DNA of 64,000 nt from Acidobacteriota bacterium. Its GTDB lineage: Bacteria; Acidobacteriota; UBA6911; RPQK01; JAJDTT01. A program made the translations under genes and the position numbers. Positions 1-11,300 of the stretch are shown here, piece by piece (position 1 is the stretch's first letter; each line of letters opens with the position of its first letter). The DNA lies in contig OZ253580.1 of NCBI GenBank assembly GCA_965263035.1, positions 1,152,001-1,216,000 of the forward strand, in the 5' to 3' direction. The notes beneath the pieces were generated by a model. That model was not told the origin of the DNA, ran no database searches, and saw only the letters and a list, made by a program, of their open reading frames with translations.

Positions 1-1370
1 CGGGTGTCGAAGGGTCCGGGTCCTGATTCGAACACTCGAGTCCGTCCTCCGCCGCCCGGTCTCCAACGGCGTGCGAAGAGGGGGGTGGCATGTCCGCCGA
101 AGATGGTGATCAGATCCAGGTTCAGGGCACCGGCCAGATGCTGACCCAGCGAGTCGTAACCGACGTAGATCCGGCACTGCCGCAGAAGCGCCCCGAACTC
201 CGCGACCGGCCCCTGAAACAAAACCAGCCGGACGGGCGATGAGCCCGAGTCATCTTGCAGAAGTCGCCCCCCCACGATTCGGGCCGTACTCAAGCCCCGC
301 TCCCGAGTGTCGAAGTAGAGCTGCCGGGCCCGCTCCAACTCATCCGCGCCCAAGCCGGCATCCAGCACCAGCGTCGCCCCCCGATCCAGCAAGCCTGTCA
401 CCAATAGACGCTCAAAATCGGAGACCGTTTCCCGATCCCGATGAATTCTCTTGTCCGGATTGCCTCCGACTCCCAGATTCATGCCCACCAGAACCGGCTC
501 CCGGCCCAGGTTCAGGGGGGGCAGCATCTCCTTCGCCCAACCCCGGACCGAATCCGCGAGATGCAGGGACGGACCCTGAAGCGGATTCCGAGGGTGGGTC
601 CGGAACATCTCACCAAGCCAACGGTTCAGATCCTCCAACTGGCTGCGTTCCTTCGTCTCTCTCCCTGAAACCGACGGATCCCAACCGCAGTAGCTCCTCG
701 CCTCCCGGCCCGCGGGAACCAGCGGCAGGAGTCCGCTCTGGAGAAACCGGGAATCGGGATTGATGACGACGAAGTCGCCGCCGGCCACCAGACCAAGGGT
801 CTCTTCGCGGACGGCATCCACCAGATCCACCCAGGTCAACAAGCGTTCCAACAGGGAGCCACGGCGCGGATAGGAGAGCTCGCGGGTCCGGAAGCGGGGC
901 GAGTCCCCGGCGATCAGGGCGGCGTTCTTCCGGCTGCCCAGGAACACGACCTCGGCATCGGGAAAGGCGGCCAGGCAGGTGCGGACGATGACGCCGGTGA
1001 GCAGGACGTCGGCACCCAGGGTCACCCGGGAGGGGACCAGCACCCGCCCCACTTGGCGGGGGAGGGCCCGAATCCCGCTCCGGTTCAGCCTCTGAACCCG
1101 GGTCAGGAGCGCGTCTTCATCGTCCAGCCCCATCCGGTGGAGCCTCTGATGGAACGAGAGGGCCTCCGGGAGCCGCCGGACCCGGGTGACGATTCGGGCC
1201 ATCAGCCGCTGCTGCAGCCCTCGGTCCGGCGCCAGGAACGAGTCTCCCAAGGGTTCGATCAGATTTTGGAACAGGCGTTGAGTCCCAGTCCGGGCTCGAT
1301 CGGGGTCTGGCGAGAGGGCCGGACTCAGACCAGTGTTCAAGATTTCCCAACCCGGAAATCGTGGGGACAT
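1..1370 (-). CDS. Glycosyltransferase family 9 (heptosyltransferase-like), 3' end outside the window
   Basis: Manual minus-strand translation from ATG at 1370 gives MSPRFPGW...SRVTLGADVLLTG...FPDAEVVFLG and, near the edge, YVGYDSLGQHLAGAL (GT9 DSxxxHLAxA motif). It is absent from the ORF track, consistent with no stop inside the window. Confidence 0.75.
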   Translation of the reverse strand, partial: MSPRFPGWEILNTGLSPALSPDPDRARTGTQRLFQNLIEPLGDSFLAPDRGLQQRLMARIVTRVRRLPEALSFHQRLHRMGLDDEDALLTRVQRLNRSGIRALPRQVGRVLVPSRVTLGADVLLTGVIVRTCLAAFPDAEVVFLGSRKNAALIAGDSPRFRTRELSYPRRGSLLERLLTWVDLVDAVREETLGLVAGGDFVVINPDSRFLQSGLLPLVPAGREARSYCGWDPSVSGRETKERSQLEDLNRWLGEMFRTHPRNPLQGPSLHLADSVRGWAKEMLPPLNLGREPVLVGMNLGVGGNPDKRIHRDRETVSDFERLLVTGLLDRGATLVLDAGLGADELERARQLYFDTRERGLSTARIVGGRLLQDDSGSSPVRLVLFQGPVAEFGALLRQCRIYVGYDSLGQHLAGALNLDLITIFGGHATPLFARRWRPGGGGRTRVFESGPGPFDT

Positions 1371-1376
1371 TGTCGT

Positions 1377-4300
1377 TCAGTTCCGGGGGCTGCCACCCTT
1401 CACCGGAGCGGGGATCAGGGTCGGGCGTTCCACTTCCTGTACGGGACGGCGCCCCAGGAGCCATCGGGCAGCTCGTCCCAGATCCTCCAGAATCATGTAG
1501 GTGCACGGCACCAGAATCAGGATGACCGGAGTCGAGAATACGACGCCGAACGCCAGGGAAACAGCCATGGGGATGAGGAACTGGGCCTGCAGACTCGTTT
1601 CCAGGAGCAATGGAGTCAGGCCGGCGAAAGTGGTCAGGGAGGTGAGGAAGATGGGCCGGAACCGAGCCGCCCCAGCTGTCAGGATCGACTCTCGGAGCGG
1701 GACTCCGGCACGCTGTTTCCGGTTGACGTAGTCGACCAGGATCAGACTGTCGTTCACGACCACGCCCGCCAGGGCAACGATGCCGAACACGGACAGGATG
1801 CTCAGGTCCATTCCCAGGATCCTGTGGCCCAGAAAGGCGCCCACCAACCCGAAGGGAATCGCGCTCATGATGATCAGCGGCTGGAAGTAGGAGCGGAGAG
1901 GAATGGCCAACAATGCAAAGATGGCAGCCAGGGCCATGCCGAAACCTTGCAGGAGTCCGCTTACCGTCTCGCTCTGCTGCTCCTGCTCGCCCTCCAACGA
2001 ATAGCTCAGGCCCGGAAACTGCTGCAACAGCGAGGGAAGGTAGTCCGCCTCCAACTCCGCCAGAATTTCGTTGGAGTTGGCCCGTTGAGTGTCCACCTCC
2101 GCGGTCACGCTGATGGAGCGATTCCGGTCCACCCGGCGGATGGATGCGAAGCCACGGCTCAGTTCGGAATCGGCCACCACTGAAAAGGGAACCTCATCGC
2201 CGTCCGGGGTCCGGATCCGCATCCCCTCCATCTGCCCCAGGGAACGGCGTCGATCCGAGGGATACCGGACCATGATCTTGACCTCGTCCCGGCCCCGCTG
2301 AATCCGCTGGACCTCCTCCCCGTAGAAGGCTTGTCGGATCTGTCTTGCCAAGTCCTCTTGCGTCAGACCCAGCGACTCGGCGTCCGGATGAATCTTGAGC
2401 TTGATCTCCTGCTTACCGGCCCGGAAGGAATCGGCGATGTCGTAGACCCCCGCGTATTCGTTCAATTTCAGCTTGAACTTGTGCGCGGCCTCCTGCAGTC
2501 GGTTCAGGTCGGGACCGGAGAACTGAACATTGATGGGAGCTCCCGCGGCGAAGAGTGAGGCCGAGAAGCTGAGTTCCACGGCATCTGGGATGGTTCCCGT
2601 CAACTCCCGCCAGCGGTTGCCTATCTCGGTGCTGCTGAAGAGTCTGCCGTCTTGTGCCAGGGGCCGTTCTTCGGATGGCGCCAGTTCAATGTTCACCTCT
2701 CCCAGGTGGGCGCCGGTGAATCGGGACACGCCTCCGTTGTGTCGATTCTGAATGACGCGGGTGGGTTGATCCCCCACTGACGTGAGCACATGACGGAACA
2801 CGCTGGCCGAGCCGTCCCCCTGGCTGGACGAGTCGATCTCCTCCCGGAGCACCGAGGCGGCTCGCTCCACTTTCTCCATCACGCGGGCGGTGGTCTCGGC
2901 CGGTGTGCCCTGAGGCATGGTCAGAAAGGCCATCACGTTGTCCGCCTCCACCGGAGGGAAGAAATTGAACTTGATTCTTCCGCCCAGAATCATGCCGACG
3001 ACCAGCACCAAGATGGAGACTCCCAGGGCCGCCGTCAGGTAACGCCACTCGACGGCCACGCGCAGGAGGGGTTCGTAGACCCGCTTGACGAATCCTTTGA
3101 GCAGTCCTGAGATCAGGTCCTGAAGGCGGTTCCACAACCCGAACAATCCCCGTTTCCGCAGACTTTCGGAGCGTCTCAGGTGGGAGAGGTGATAGGGCAG
3201 GATGAGCAGGGACTCGACCAGCGAAAAGACCAGTGTGGGCAGGACCACCAGGGGAATGACCCGCATGATCTTCCCGGTGGGGCCTTCGATCATCAGCAGT
3301 GGGGAGAAGGCGGCCACCGTGGTCGCCACCGCAAAAAACACGGGAACCATCATCTCCTGTGTCCCGTCGATGACCGCCTGCAGCTTGGGCTTCCCCTGCT
3401 CGTATTGGGAAAAGATGTTCTCGCCGACGACAATGGCGTCGTCCACCACAATTCCCAGTACGACGATGAAGGCGAACAGGGAGATCAGGTTGATGGAGAC
3501 GTCCAGGTGGGGCAAAACCATGAGGCAGCCCAGAAACGAAATGGGAATGCCCAGGCTGACCCAGAATGCCAGGCCGACTCTCAGAAACAACGTCAGAGTC
3601 AGAACGACCAGCGCCAACCCCGCCAAGCCGTTCTTGATCAGCAGGTCGAGCCGGCTCCGCAGGATGCGGGAGTCGTCCTTCCACGTGGTCAGCGTCAGGC
3701 CTTCCGGCAACTGCAACTGTTTCTGCCTGACGTACTCGCGAACGGCGGCGGCAATCTCCAGAGCGCTCTGCCTCCCGACTCGGAAGACCTGGACCAGGAT
3801 GGCCGGCCGGCCGTCGAACCGGGCCGATTGATCGGTCTCGGCGAACCCGTCCACCACCCGGGCCACGTCTCCCAGCAGGACCCGGGTGCCGTCCCGTCCG
3901 GAGAGAAGCGTCAGTTCCTGGAAATCCTCTCCCACGTAGGCCTGACTATTGGTTCTCAGCAGGATCTCGCCCGCCTGAGTCTTCACCGAGCCCCCAGGGA
4001 GGTCCAGGGAAGATCGGCGGACCGCCCGGGCCACCTGATCGAAGGAAAGGCTGTGGCGGAGCAGGGCTTCCTCCGAGACCTCGATGGAGACTTCATAAGG
4101 GCGGGCGCTGGACAACTCGGCCTGGGTGATCCCGGGCAGGGAGGCGACCTCGTCCCGAACCTGCTCGGCGACCCGCTTGAGGGTCCGCTCGTCCGCCTGT
4201 CCCGAGACGGCTATGTTGATGACCTGATTGCGGACGATGGCCTCCTGGATGACCGGCTGCTCGGCCTCCTCCGGAAAGGTGCTGATGGCGTCCACCCGGG

Positions 4301-4631
4301 CCTTGACCTCGTCCAGGAGTTCACGGATGTCGGTCCCCTCCAGCAGTTCCACGTTCACGATGCCCATGGCCTCGGAGGCCGTCGACGTGATCCGCTTCAC
4401 TCCGGGAAGGCTTTGAACGGCCTCCTCGATCCGGATGCAGATTCCCTGTTCGACCTCTTCGGGTGCGGCGCCCGGATAGAGAACCGACACGCTGATCAGA
4501 TCCGTCGAGAACTCGGGGAAGACCTCCTTTCGAATCTCGGGGACGGAGAGGGTGCCGCCGACCAGGATCACGACCATCAGCAGGTTGGCCACGACCCCGT
4601 TGGACGCAAACCAGGAAACGAGTCCCTTCAT
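1377..4631 (-). CDS. RND efflux transporter permease (AcrB/AcrD/AcrF family), copy 1
   Basis: 1084 aa; N-terminal TM (VANLLMVVILVGG), GIVVDDAIVVGENI, RFRPIFLTSLTT; two-repeat RND layout. Confidence 0.95.
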   Translation of the reverse strand: MKGLVSWFASNGVVANLLMVVILVGGTLSVPEIRKEVFPEFSTDLISVSVLYPGAAPEEVEQGICIRIEEAVQSLPGVKRITSTASEAMGIVNVELLEGTDIRELLDEVKARVDAISTFPEEAEQPVIQEAIVRNQVINIAVSGQADERTLKRVAEQVRDEVASLPGITQAELSSARPYEVSIEVSEEALLRHSLSFDQVARAVRRSSLDLPGGSVKTQAGEILLRTNSQAYVGEDFQELTLLSGRDGTRVLLGDVARVVDGFAETDQSARFDGRPAILVQVFRVGRQSALEIAAAVREYVRQKQLQLPEGLTLTTWKDDSRILRSRLDLLIKNGLAGLALVVLTLTLFLRVGLAFWVSLGIPISFLGCLMVLPHLDVSINLISLFAFIVVLGIVVDDAIVVGENIFSQYEQGKPKLQAVIDGTQEMMVPVFFAVATTVAAFSPLLMIEGPTGKIMRVIPLVVLPTLVFSLVESLLILPYHLSHLRRSESLRKRGLFGLWNRLQDLISGLLKGFVKRVYEPLLRVAVEWRYLTAALGVSILVLVVGMILGGRIKFNFFPPVEADNVMAFLTMPQGTPAETTARVMEKVERAASVLREEIDSSSQGDGSASVFRHVLTSVGDQPTRVIQNRHNGGVSRFTGAHLGEVNIELAPSEERPLAQDGRLFSSTEIGNRWRELTGTIPDAVELSFSASLFAAGAPINVQFSGPDLNRLQEAAHKFKLKLNEYAGVYDIADSFRAGKQEIKLKIHPDAESLGLTQEDLARQIRQAFYGEEVQRIQRGRDEVKIMVRYPSDRRRSLGQMEGMRIRTPDGDEVPFSVVADSELSRGFASIRRVDRNRSISVTAEVDTQRANSNEILAELEADYLPSLLQQFPGLSYSLEGEQEQQSETVSGLLQGFGMALAAIFALLAIPLRSYFQPLIIMSAIPFGLVGAFLGHRILGMDLSILSVFGIVALAGVVVNDSLILVDYVNRKQRAGVPLRESILTAGAARFRPIFLTSLTTFAGLTPLLLETSLQAQFLIPMAVSLAFGVVFSTPVILILVPCTYMILEDLGRAARWLLGRRPVQEVERPTLIPAPVKGGSPRN

Positions 4632-4804
4632 GGTGACACCTTGGGACTGAAATCAGCCTGAACTTGGACCCTCATTCCGTCGACGACATTGGCGGGGGAC
4701 ACCTGTTCTCCCTCCTTCGGAACCGAGTCGATGGCGACCCTTACCCGTTCTCACCGCACGGAACGTGAGCGGCGCAGCCGGAGAGTGGACTCCGAGCCCA
4801 CGAA
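4531..4804 (-). repeat. Left copy of a decayed ~270-bp direct repeat: degenerate MFP 3' end (4628-4804) followed by the intact RND 5' end
   Basis: The minus strand reads FVGSESTLRLRRSRSVR*ERVRVAIDSVPKEGEQVSPANVVDGMRVQVQADFSPKVSP*. This aligns with the C-terminus of the MFP at 14102-15277 (VVDSESRLRFRHVNVVRLEREQVIIDSGLEEGELVSLA...VIDGMKVQIQEDSNP). Its TGA overlaps the RND ATG (ATGA). Confidence 0.85.
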
Positions 4805-5043
4805 CGGACTCAAGAAAACGATTATCCAGGAAACCGAATCCCGGTTCCAGATCACGAACGACCTGGCAACTAGTGTTTCCGAAACAGATTCGTCGCGTCA
4901 AATTCGCCGACGCCGTAGCGCATGCTCGGGACCCGAAGCGAAGCGTGGACTGCCGATTGAGCTTCGATTTTTCTCGTCAACTGCTTGAGGACGCACCGAG
5001 AAATACAGGCTATGCCCGAACGGACAGCTGCACGCGTGCGCGC

Positions 5044-6084
5044 TCAGCCGGATTCCCGAGGATCGGGATAGAACTGTTTGCAATAGCGCCGATAGATCCC
5101 GATCTCGCCGTCGGATCGACACAGACTGGGGCGGGATCGGTACCGTTTCCGGCTCCAGATCGCCACATCCTGAAGCACGTCGCGCTTCTGCGCCCTTATA
5201 AGGATTTTGTTCATGATCTTGGCGCGCAACCGCAACGGAACAAACCGCAAACCGACGATCGGCCGTTTCGGTTTGCGGATCTCCCGCACCTGCCCGGCCA
5301 GCACCAGATCGATGAGCGTGCCGTCGACGGGCGTTGCGAGCACCCACAAACGTACATCCATGCCGATGGAGCGCTCGTGAACATCCACGAACGAGTATCC
5401 CAATCCAATCACGCGGGTGACAACTGAGAAGTCCAATAGGATCGCCCTGATCCCCGCGATGGTCTGAGTTCGCTTGAAGTCAAAACAACTCGTGAGGCAG
5501 GCGCCGTCCACGGTGACCGGTTCGACCCGGCTGACATTGCTGTAGCCGTGCACGTACCGCAGGTGCGCCAGGTCCACGGAGTTCTCGGTCGTTTCCTGAG
5601 GATGGCCGGGAAACCGGATGGTCCGAAACCTCAATCTGCTCCAGTCGGTGCCACCCGGCGGGTCCTCGGGAAGGCTCCATTGCGGTGGCCGTCCATTGAT
5701 TCCCCACCAGGCGAAGACCATGCCAAGGACCTCCCGCGTCTCGAATACCCGCAGCTTGGCGGCCCTGGGGGCCGGGGCAAAGGGAGTGGCAACGCATTGT
5801 CCGCTGACGTCGAACTCGTAGCCGTGAAACGGACAGACGAGACAACCGTCCCGCACCCGGCCTCCGGCGGCGGGCCCCAGATCGGCCCCCAAGTGCGGAC
5901 AAACCGCCTCCGCCACGCAGATGTGCCCTCCACCGCCGCACCAGGCGACGATTTCTTCGCCCATCCAGGTCTTCTGAATCAGCCTTTCCTGCAGAATGGA
6001 CTGACGGCTGGCAACGAAGTACCAACCCTCGGGAAACGGGGATAGCAAGGAGGAATTGTCCGGCTCGAGACATCTTGCTGGCAT
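5044..6084 (-). CDS. Rieske [2Fe-2S] non-heme iron oxygenase/desaturase, KshA/Neverland (cholesterol 7-desaturase)-like
   Basis: PFPEGWY start motif, Rieske CPHLG...CPFHG, mononuclear Fe motif ENSVDLAHLRYVH, and C-terminal QDVAIWSRKRY...SDGEIGIYRRYCKQFY typical of the KshA/Neverland group. ATG at 6084 preferred over TTG at 6096. Confidence 0.85.
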   Translation of the reverse strand: MPARCLEPDNSSLLSPFPEGWYFVASRQSILQERLIQKTWMGEEIVAWCGGGGHICVAEAVCPHLGADLGPAAGGRVRDGCLVCPFHGYEFDVSGQCVATPFAPAPRAAKLRVFETREVLGMVFAWWGINGRPPQWSLPEDPPGGTDWSRLRFRTIRFPGHPQETTENSVDLAHLRYVHGYSNVSRVEPVTVDGACLTSCFDFKRTQTIAGIRAILLDFSVVTRVIGLGYSFVDVHERSIGMDVRLWVLATPVDGTLIDLVLAGQVREIRKPKRPIVGLRFVPLRLRAKIMNKILIRAQKRDVLQDVAIWSRKRYRSRPSLCRSDGEIGIYRRYCKQFYPDPRESG

Positions 6085-6516
6085 TTCCCACCGCAACGTT
6101 GTGTTCTGACGGCTGCGGTAACCTCCGAGCCAAGCGGCTGGCTTAAAAATACCGGAATACGGGTTTTTGATCGTATGCCGGGGTTCGAACAGAGGCGCAT
6201 CGCGAGATTATCCGTGACTGGAGTGAAACCCATGGCCGCGGCTTGGCGGTCACGCCACAAACGCGACTTCCCCTACCGGGGCCTTCGCCAGACGGGGCGC
6301 CAGACGGCGGGACAATGACGGCAGACGATTCTTGCCTCCCTGAAGCTGTCCCGAGGAGAGACGAAAGAGCGTCTCCGTTCTTTTTGTCGTCGACGATCCC
6401 ATCACTCCCTCGGCCTCGTGACACGTAACGCCTTTCTCGCCAAACTTCCAGTCGGGACCCCATCGTTTCACATCGGCCGGACCGGGAAACAAACCAGGCA
6501 GTCAAGCTTACGAATG

Positions 6517-6683
6517 CTAGGAGTCTGCGCGGTAGGAATGATCGTAGCGAGAAAGTGGGGAATCGAGGCCAGATTTTCTCGATGTGGAGGTGCATAGTTG
6601 TTCTATTCGCCGAGAAATCGGGGAAATATGGACCGATTCTACCGCTTTCGCAGTAGATCAATTTCTGCCGCGCAGGATCCTAG
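6517..6683. mobile_element. MITE family A, copy 1 (167 bp including CTAG at both ends)
   Basis: Imperfect TIRs CTAGGAGTCTGCGCGGTAGGAATGATC / rc CTAGGATCCTGCGCGGCAGAAATTGATC. A near-identical copy lies at 17480-17646 (about 9 mismatches counted by eye). Confidence 0.9.
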
Positions 6684-7146
6684 GATAAACCGTTTGTTTT
6701 AAAGGTTTTATGTCACAGGTCCATGCTTATCTCGATTCCTGGACACTATCAAGTTTGCCATCCGTCATTGGCGTAACGGCCCGCCAGCGTGGCTGGGGAT
6801 CCCCTCCACGAAACGACCGGAAAAACCGCGGGATGCAGCCATGAGATCACGCCGGCAAGCCGTGTCGGCGTTGCCATTGCCATTTGTCGCCGGCCACCTT
6901 GCTACGAATTGTTTGCCGATGCGAATCCATCCGGTTTCCGAATCGATCCCCCGATCACCCGAAAACTTCACTGGCGACGCCGCTTTCAGCCGCTGTGTGC
7001 CGGCGGCGGCGTGGAGGAATTTGAACCTCCCGGCACCCGACCGGGTCCTGGGAGGCTTGTGGACCCTCCTCGAGCCGGTCGCTTTTCCAACCGGCGGCTC
7101 CGCCCGTGCGGCGAACCTCCGAGCCGCGTCAATATCTACCGAGTAG

Positions 7147-8370
7147 ATCACCAGGGGCAAGATAGCAGGCTACTTGGTTGCGGTTGTCATCCTTGCCGGT
7201 TCCGGTGCCCTGGCCTATTACCTGGTGTCGCTGGCACCCGAACCGGAGCGCAGTGAGCCGCCTCCCCAAATCCCGTTCGTACAGACCGGCCGGGTTGCGG
7301 CCGGCTCCGGCGCCATACCCGTGTACGGAGCCGGCACGGTGCGGTCCAGCGCGGAAGTCGACATTGCTCCGCTCGTCAGCGGCCGGGTCGTCTGGATGGA
7401 TCCGGGATTCCAGAGCGGCGGGCGGATCGCGTCGGGTCAACCGATCTTGCGCATCGATAACGCCGACTAATTGCAACGCTTGCGGGAGGCTGAGGCCGAT
7501 CTCGAAGCCCGTCGGGTAGCCCTCTCTGTGGCCCAGGAACAAGGGGCGTTCCCCCGCACTGAATTCGAGGAGTACTCCCGCCAGCAACTCGAGGCGGGAG
7601 CTCCCGTAGGCGAACCGGATCCCTTGGCTCTACGGGCACCGGAGATCAAGGCGGCTCGAGCCGCGCTGCACCGCGCCGAGGTCCAGATTGCCGGCGCCAA
7701 GCTGGCACTGTCCCGAACCGAACTGCGGGCGCCGTTTGACGGCTACGTGCGCGACGAGTCGGTGGATGCGGGACAGTTTCTGGCTGCTGGTCAGACCGTC
7801 GGGCGGCTGCTCGCCGCCGACGCCGTCGAGGTGGTCGTTCCCCTGTCCGACGCCAACGCCGCAATGATCCCAGGGCTTTGGAAACTTCGTGCGGGGGACG
7901 CCGAACGGCGCGTGACCGCCCGCGTGACCGCCAAATTCGACGACGACAGCTATGCCTGGAAGGGCTACGTCGACCGGGCTGAAATCTCAGTCGACGAGCA
8001 GACGCGAACCATTGACGCGATCGTACGCGTGCCCAACCCCTTTTCCGCGGGTGTTCCGGCGAACGGGTCCGGCGGTCTCGGCGGCGTAACCCCGCTCTTG
8101 ATAGGCAAGTTCGTGGAAGTAGAGATCCAGGGTCTTGCACCTGAGAGCTATTTCCGGATACCGCGGCCGGCACTGCGACCCGGCAACGAGGTGTGGACGG
8201 CAGGCAAAGACCAAAAGGTGAGTATTGTCCCGGTGCGTGTCCTGCAGCGGATCAACGATGAGGCCTTCGTAATGGGTGCTCTCGAAGACGGGCAGTTGGT
8301 GATCACCGGCGGTATCCAGTTCGTCACTGAAGACATGGTTGTACGGACCGGGAACGGCGTAATGCGATGA
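7147..8370 (+). pseudogene. RND membrane fusion protein (MFP) copy 2, broken by an in-frame TAA
   Basis: ORFs 7174-7470 and 7471-8370 are in the same frame, separated only by TAA at 7468-7470 (IDNAD*LQRL, where Tyr is expected; MFP1 has IDATDYHLQV). MFP motifs VSGRVVW, RTELRAPFDG and PLLIGKFVEVEIQG. The original start may be a mutated ATG (ATC at 7147). Confidence 0.85.
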
Positions 8371-11300
8371 GTCCGAAGGGAGAACTGCACGGGGAGCCGG
8401 GCGGTCCCATTGCCATCATGGCGAGCAACCGCGTCGCGGCCAATCTGTTGATGATCAGCATATTGGCGTTCGGCCTCGTGGCGTTTGGGGCTTTGGAGCG
8501 GGAAGCCTGGCCGACGGTTCCCTTCAATACCATCGAAGTGTCCGTGGTCTATCCCGGTGCCGCGCCCGAGGAGGTGGAGGAGTCGATCGTTGTCAAGATC
8601 GAGGAGCAGGTCGAGGCGCTGCCGGATGTCAAGGCGGTCAAGTCCATAGCGGCCCCGGGACTGGCATCGGTCAGGGTCGAATTGAAGACCGGCGCGGACA
8701 TCAACGAGGCCATGGACGAAGTCAAGTCCGCGGTCGCGCGCATCCCGTCGTTTCCCGGCGCAGCCGAGCGTCCGCAGTTCAGGGAGATGGACAATCGCAC
8801 CAGCATGATCCGTCTGATCGTGTTTGGCGACATCCCCGAGCGCTCGCTGAAGGAGTTGGCCTACCAGATCGAAGACGACTTGGGGTCGCTGCCCAACGTG
8901 TCGCACGTCGAGACCACCGGGACGAGAAACTACGAGATCTCGATCGAAGTGCCGCTCGTCCGCCTGCGCGCCTTCGGGCTGACGCTCGACGATATCGCGG
9001 ATGCGGTTCGCCGCAGTTCCCTGGACCTTTCAGCCGGCCGGATTGATACGCGGGTCGCCGAGGTGCGCGTCCGGACCATCGGCCAGAGCTACGATCAGCT
9101 CGACTTCGAGGAGATCGTCGTTGTCGCCCGGAACGACGGCACGATTATCCACCTCGGAGACATCGCCGAGGTGCGCGATGCCTTCCAGGACACCGACCTC
9201 ATCGTCCGGCACCAAGGGAAGCCGGCGGTCTTTGTCGAGGTCTACCGGGCCGAGGGCGAGCAGGTGATGGAGCTTGCGGGAGCCGTACACGAGCACATCG
9301 CGAACGAGATCGTCCCATCTCTGCCCCATGGCGTCGGGATCACCATCAGGAACGACGACTCCCAGACCTACTCGGAGCGGGCCGACATCCTCCGCAAGAA
9401 CGGTCTTCTGGGACTTATTCTGGTGTTCGTCGCATTGGCCCTGTTTCTCGAGATACGGCTCGCTTTGTGGGTCGTCGCCGGCCTGGTCACCTCGGGCGCC
9501 GGGGCCTTGGCCGTGATGCTGGCGCTCGACCTCGCGATCAATATCATTTCACTGTTCGCGTTCGTTCTGGCCATCGGCATCATCGTCGACGATGCCATTG
9601 TCGTGGCCGAGCACATCCACTACGAACGCATGCGGGGCGTTCCGGGAGTCGCCGCGGCGATCCGGGGCACGCGACGGATCAAGAAGGCGTTGACCTTCGC
9701 GGTTCTCACTTCGGTGGCGGCGTTCACGCCCCTGCTCTTCATCCCCGGGGGCATTGGAGAAGTGTGGAGCGCTTTGCCGGTGATCATCATCGGCATGCTG
9801 CTGATCTCGCTGGTAGAAGCGCTCCTGATACTGCCGAGCCACCTGTCCCACTTGCAGGGGCCGGAATGGGTGCCGGCCAACCTGGTGGATCGATTCTTCT
9901 CGTGTGTCCGACACTATATGGACCGAGGGCTGAACGGGTTCGTGAATGGCCCTCTGGATCGAGCGCTGCGCCTCGCGACGGATCATCCCGCCATCGTGGT
10001 GGCGGGGATCGTCGGACTATTCATTGTCAGCCTGTCGCTGGTACCGGCCGGTATTGTCACGACGACCTTTGCCCCCGTCGTGGAGGGTGACCTCGTCACC
10101 GCCACTCTCGAAATGCCGGACGGGACACCAGCCGAGCGGACCTACGAGGTGGCGATGGAACTGGAGCGGGCGGGAAGGCGGGTTCTGGAACGCCTGGATC
10201 GGGATCGACCGGACGATTTGCCCTCGTTGCTGTCGGGCGTGATCGTAACCGTCGGCCAGAGACCTCGCGTGGAAGGGGGAGGGCTTGACCCGACCCCCAC
10301 CATGAATCCGCAGTCAAACATCGCCTCCATCGAATTCAAGCTCTTGAGTTCCCAGCAACGGGAAATGTCCACCATTGCCATCATGCAGGCCTGGCGGGAC
10401 GAGGTCGGGATCCTCCCCTACGTTCGCGGGATCGCCTTCAGCGGCGAGGTCATCGATCTCGGCAGTCCCGTGGAGGCAGTGCTGTCGCATCCGGATCCGG
10501 AGCGCCTGTTGGAAATCGCCGACTCGGTAGTCGCCGGCCTTCGCAGTGTGGCGGGTGTCTTTGATGTCCGGTCCGATCATACGCCGGGCGTCGGGGAGAT
10601 TCAGCTGGCGTTGCGGCCGGAGGCGCGAACGCTCGGTCTCACGATCGAGGATTTAGCGCTGCAGGCGCGGGCGGCGTTCTTCGGCGTGGAGGCGCTGAGG
10701 GTACAGCGCCATCGCGAAGAGGTCCGGGTCTACGCGCGCCTGCCCGGCGACGAGCGCGATGCGATCACGGATGTCGAGGGCTACCTGATCCGCACCCGGT
10801 CGGGAGGACAGGTGCCGCTCAGCCAGGTGGCATCGATGAGAATGGGCACCTCACCGCCGTCGATCCGGCGCCAGGACGGTCAGCGCGTCGTCACGGTGAC
10901 GGCGGACGTGGACGAGAATGTGATTTCAGGCGGCGAAGCGAATGACATCCTCGAGAACACGATCCTCGCGCAACTGACCGCCGCCGCACCCGAGCTGACC
11001 TTCTCCTTTGGCGGCGAACAGCAGCAGCAGTTGGAGTCGCTGGACGCTCTGAACCGCGGGTTCATGCTCGCCATGTTCGCGATTTTCGGGCTGCTGGCCC
11101 TTTCCCTGGGGTCCTACGTCAAACCGTTTCTCGTGATGGCCATCATTCCGTTCGGTCTGATCGGCGTCGTCCTCGGCCACTTCGTATTGGGAGTCTCCAT
11201 AAGTGCCGCATCGTTCATGGGCTTCTTCGGGCTCAGCGGCGTCACCATCAACGATTCGCTGGTCATGATCGACTTCATCGACCAGCGGCGCAGGGAGGGC

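Noticed and set aside
6100-7140. Short ORFs and possible ncRNA in the ~1-kb Rieske-mfp2 intergenic region
   Set aside because: Apart from the MITE, no recognisable protein motif or riboswitch consensus was seen.
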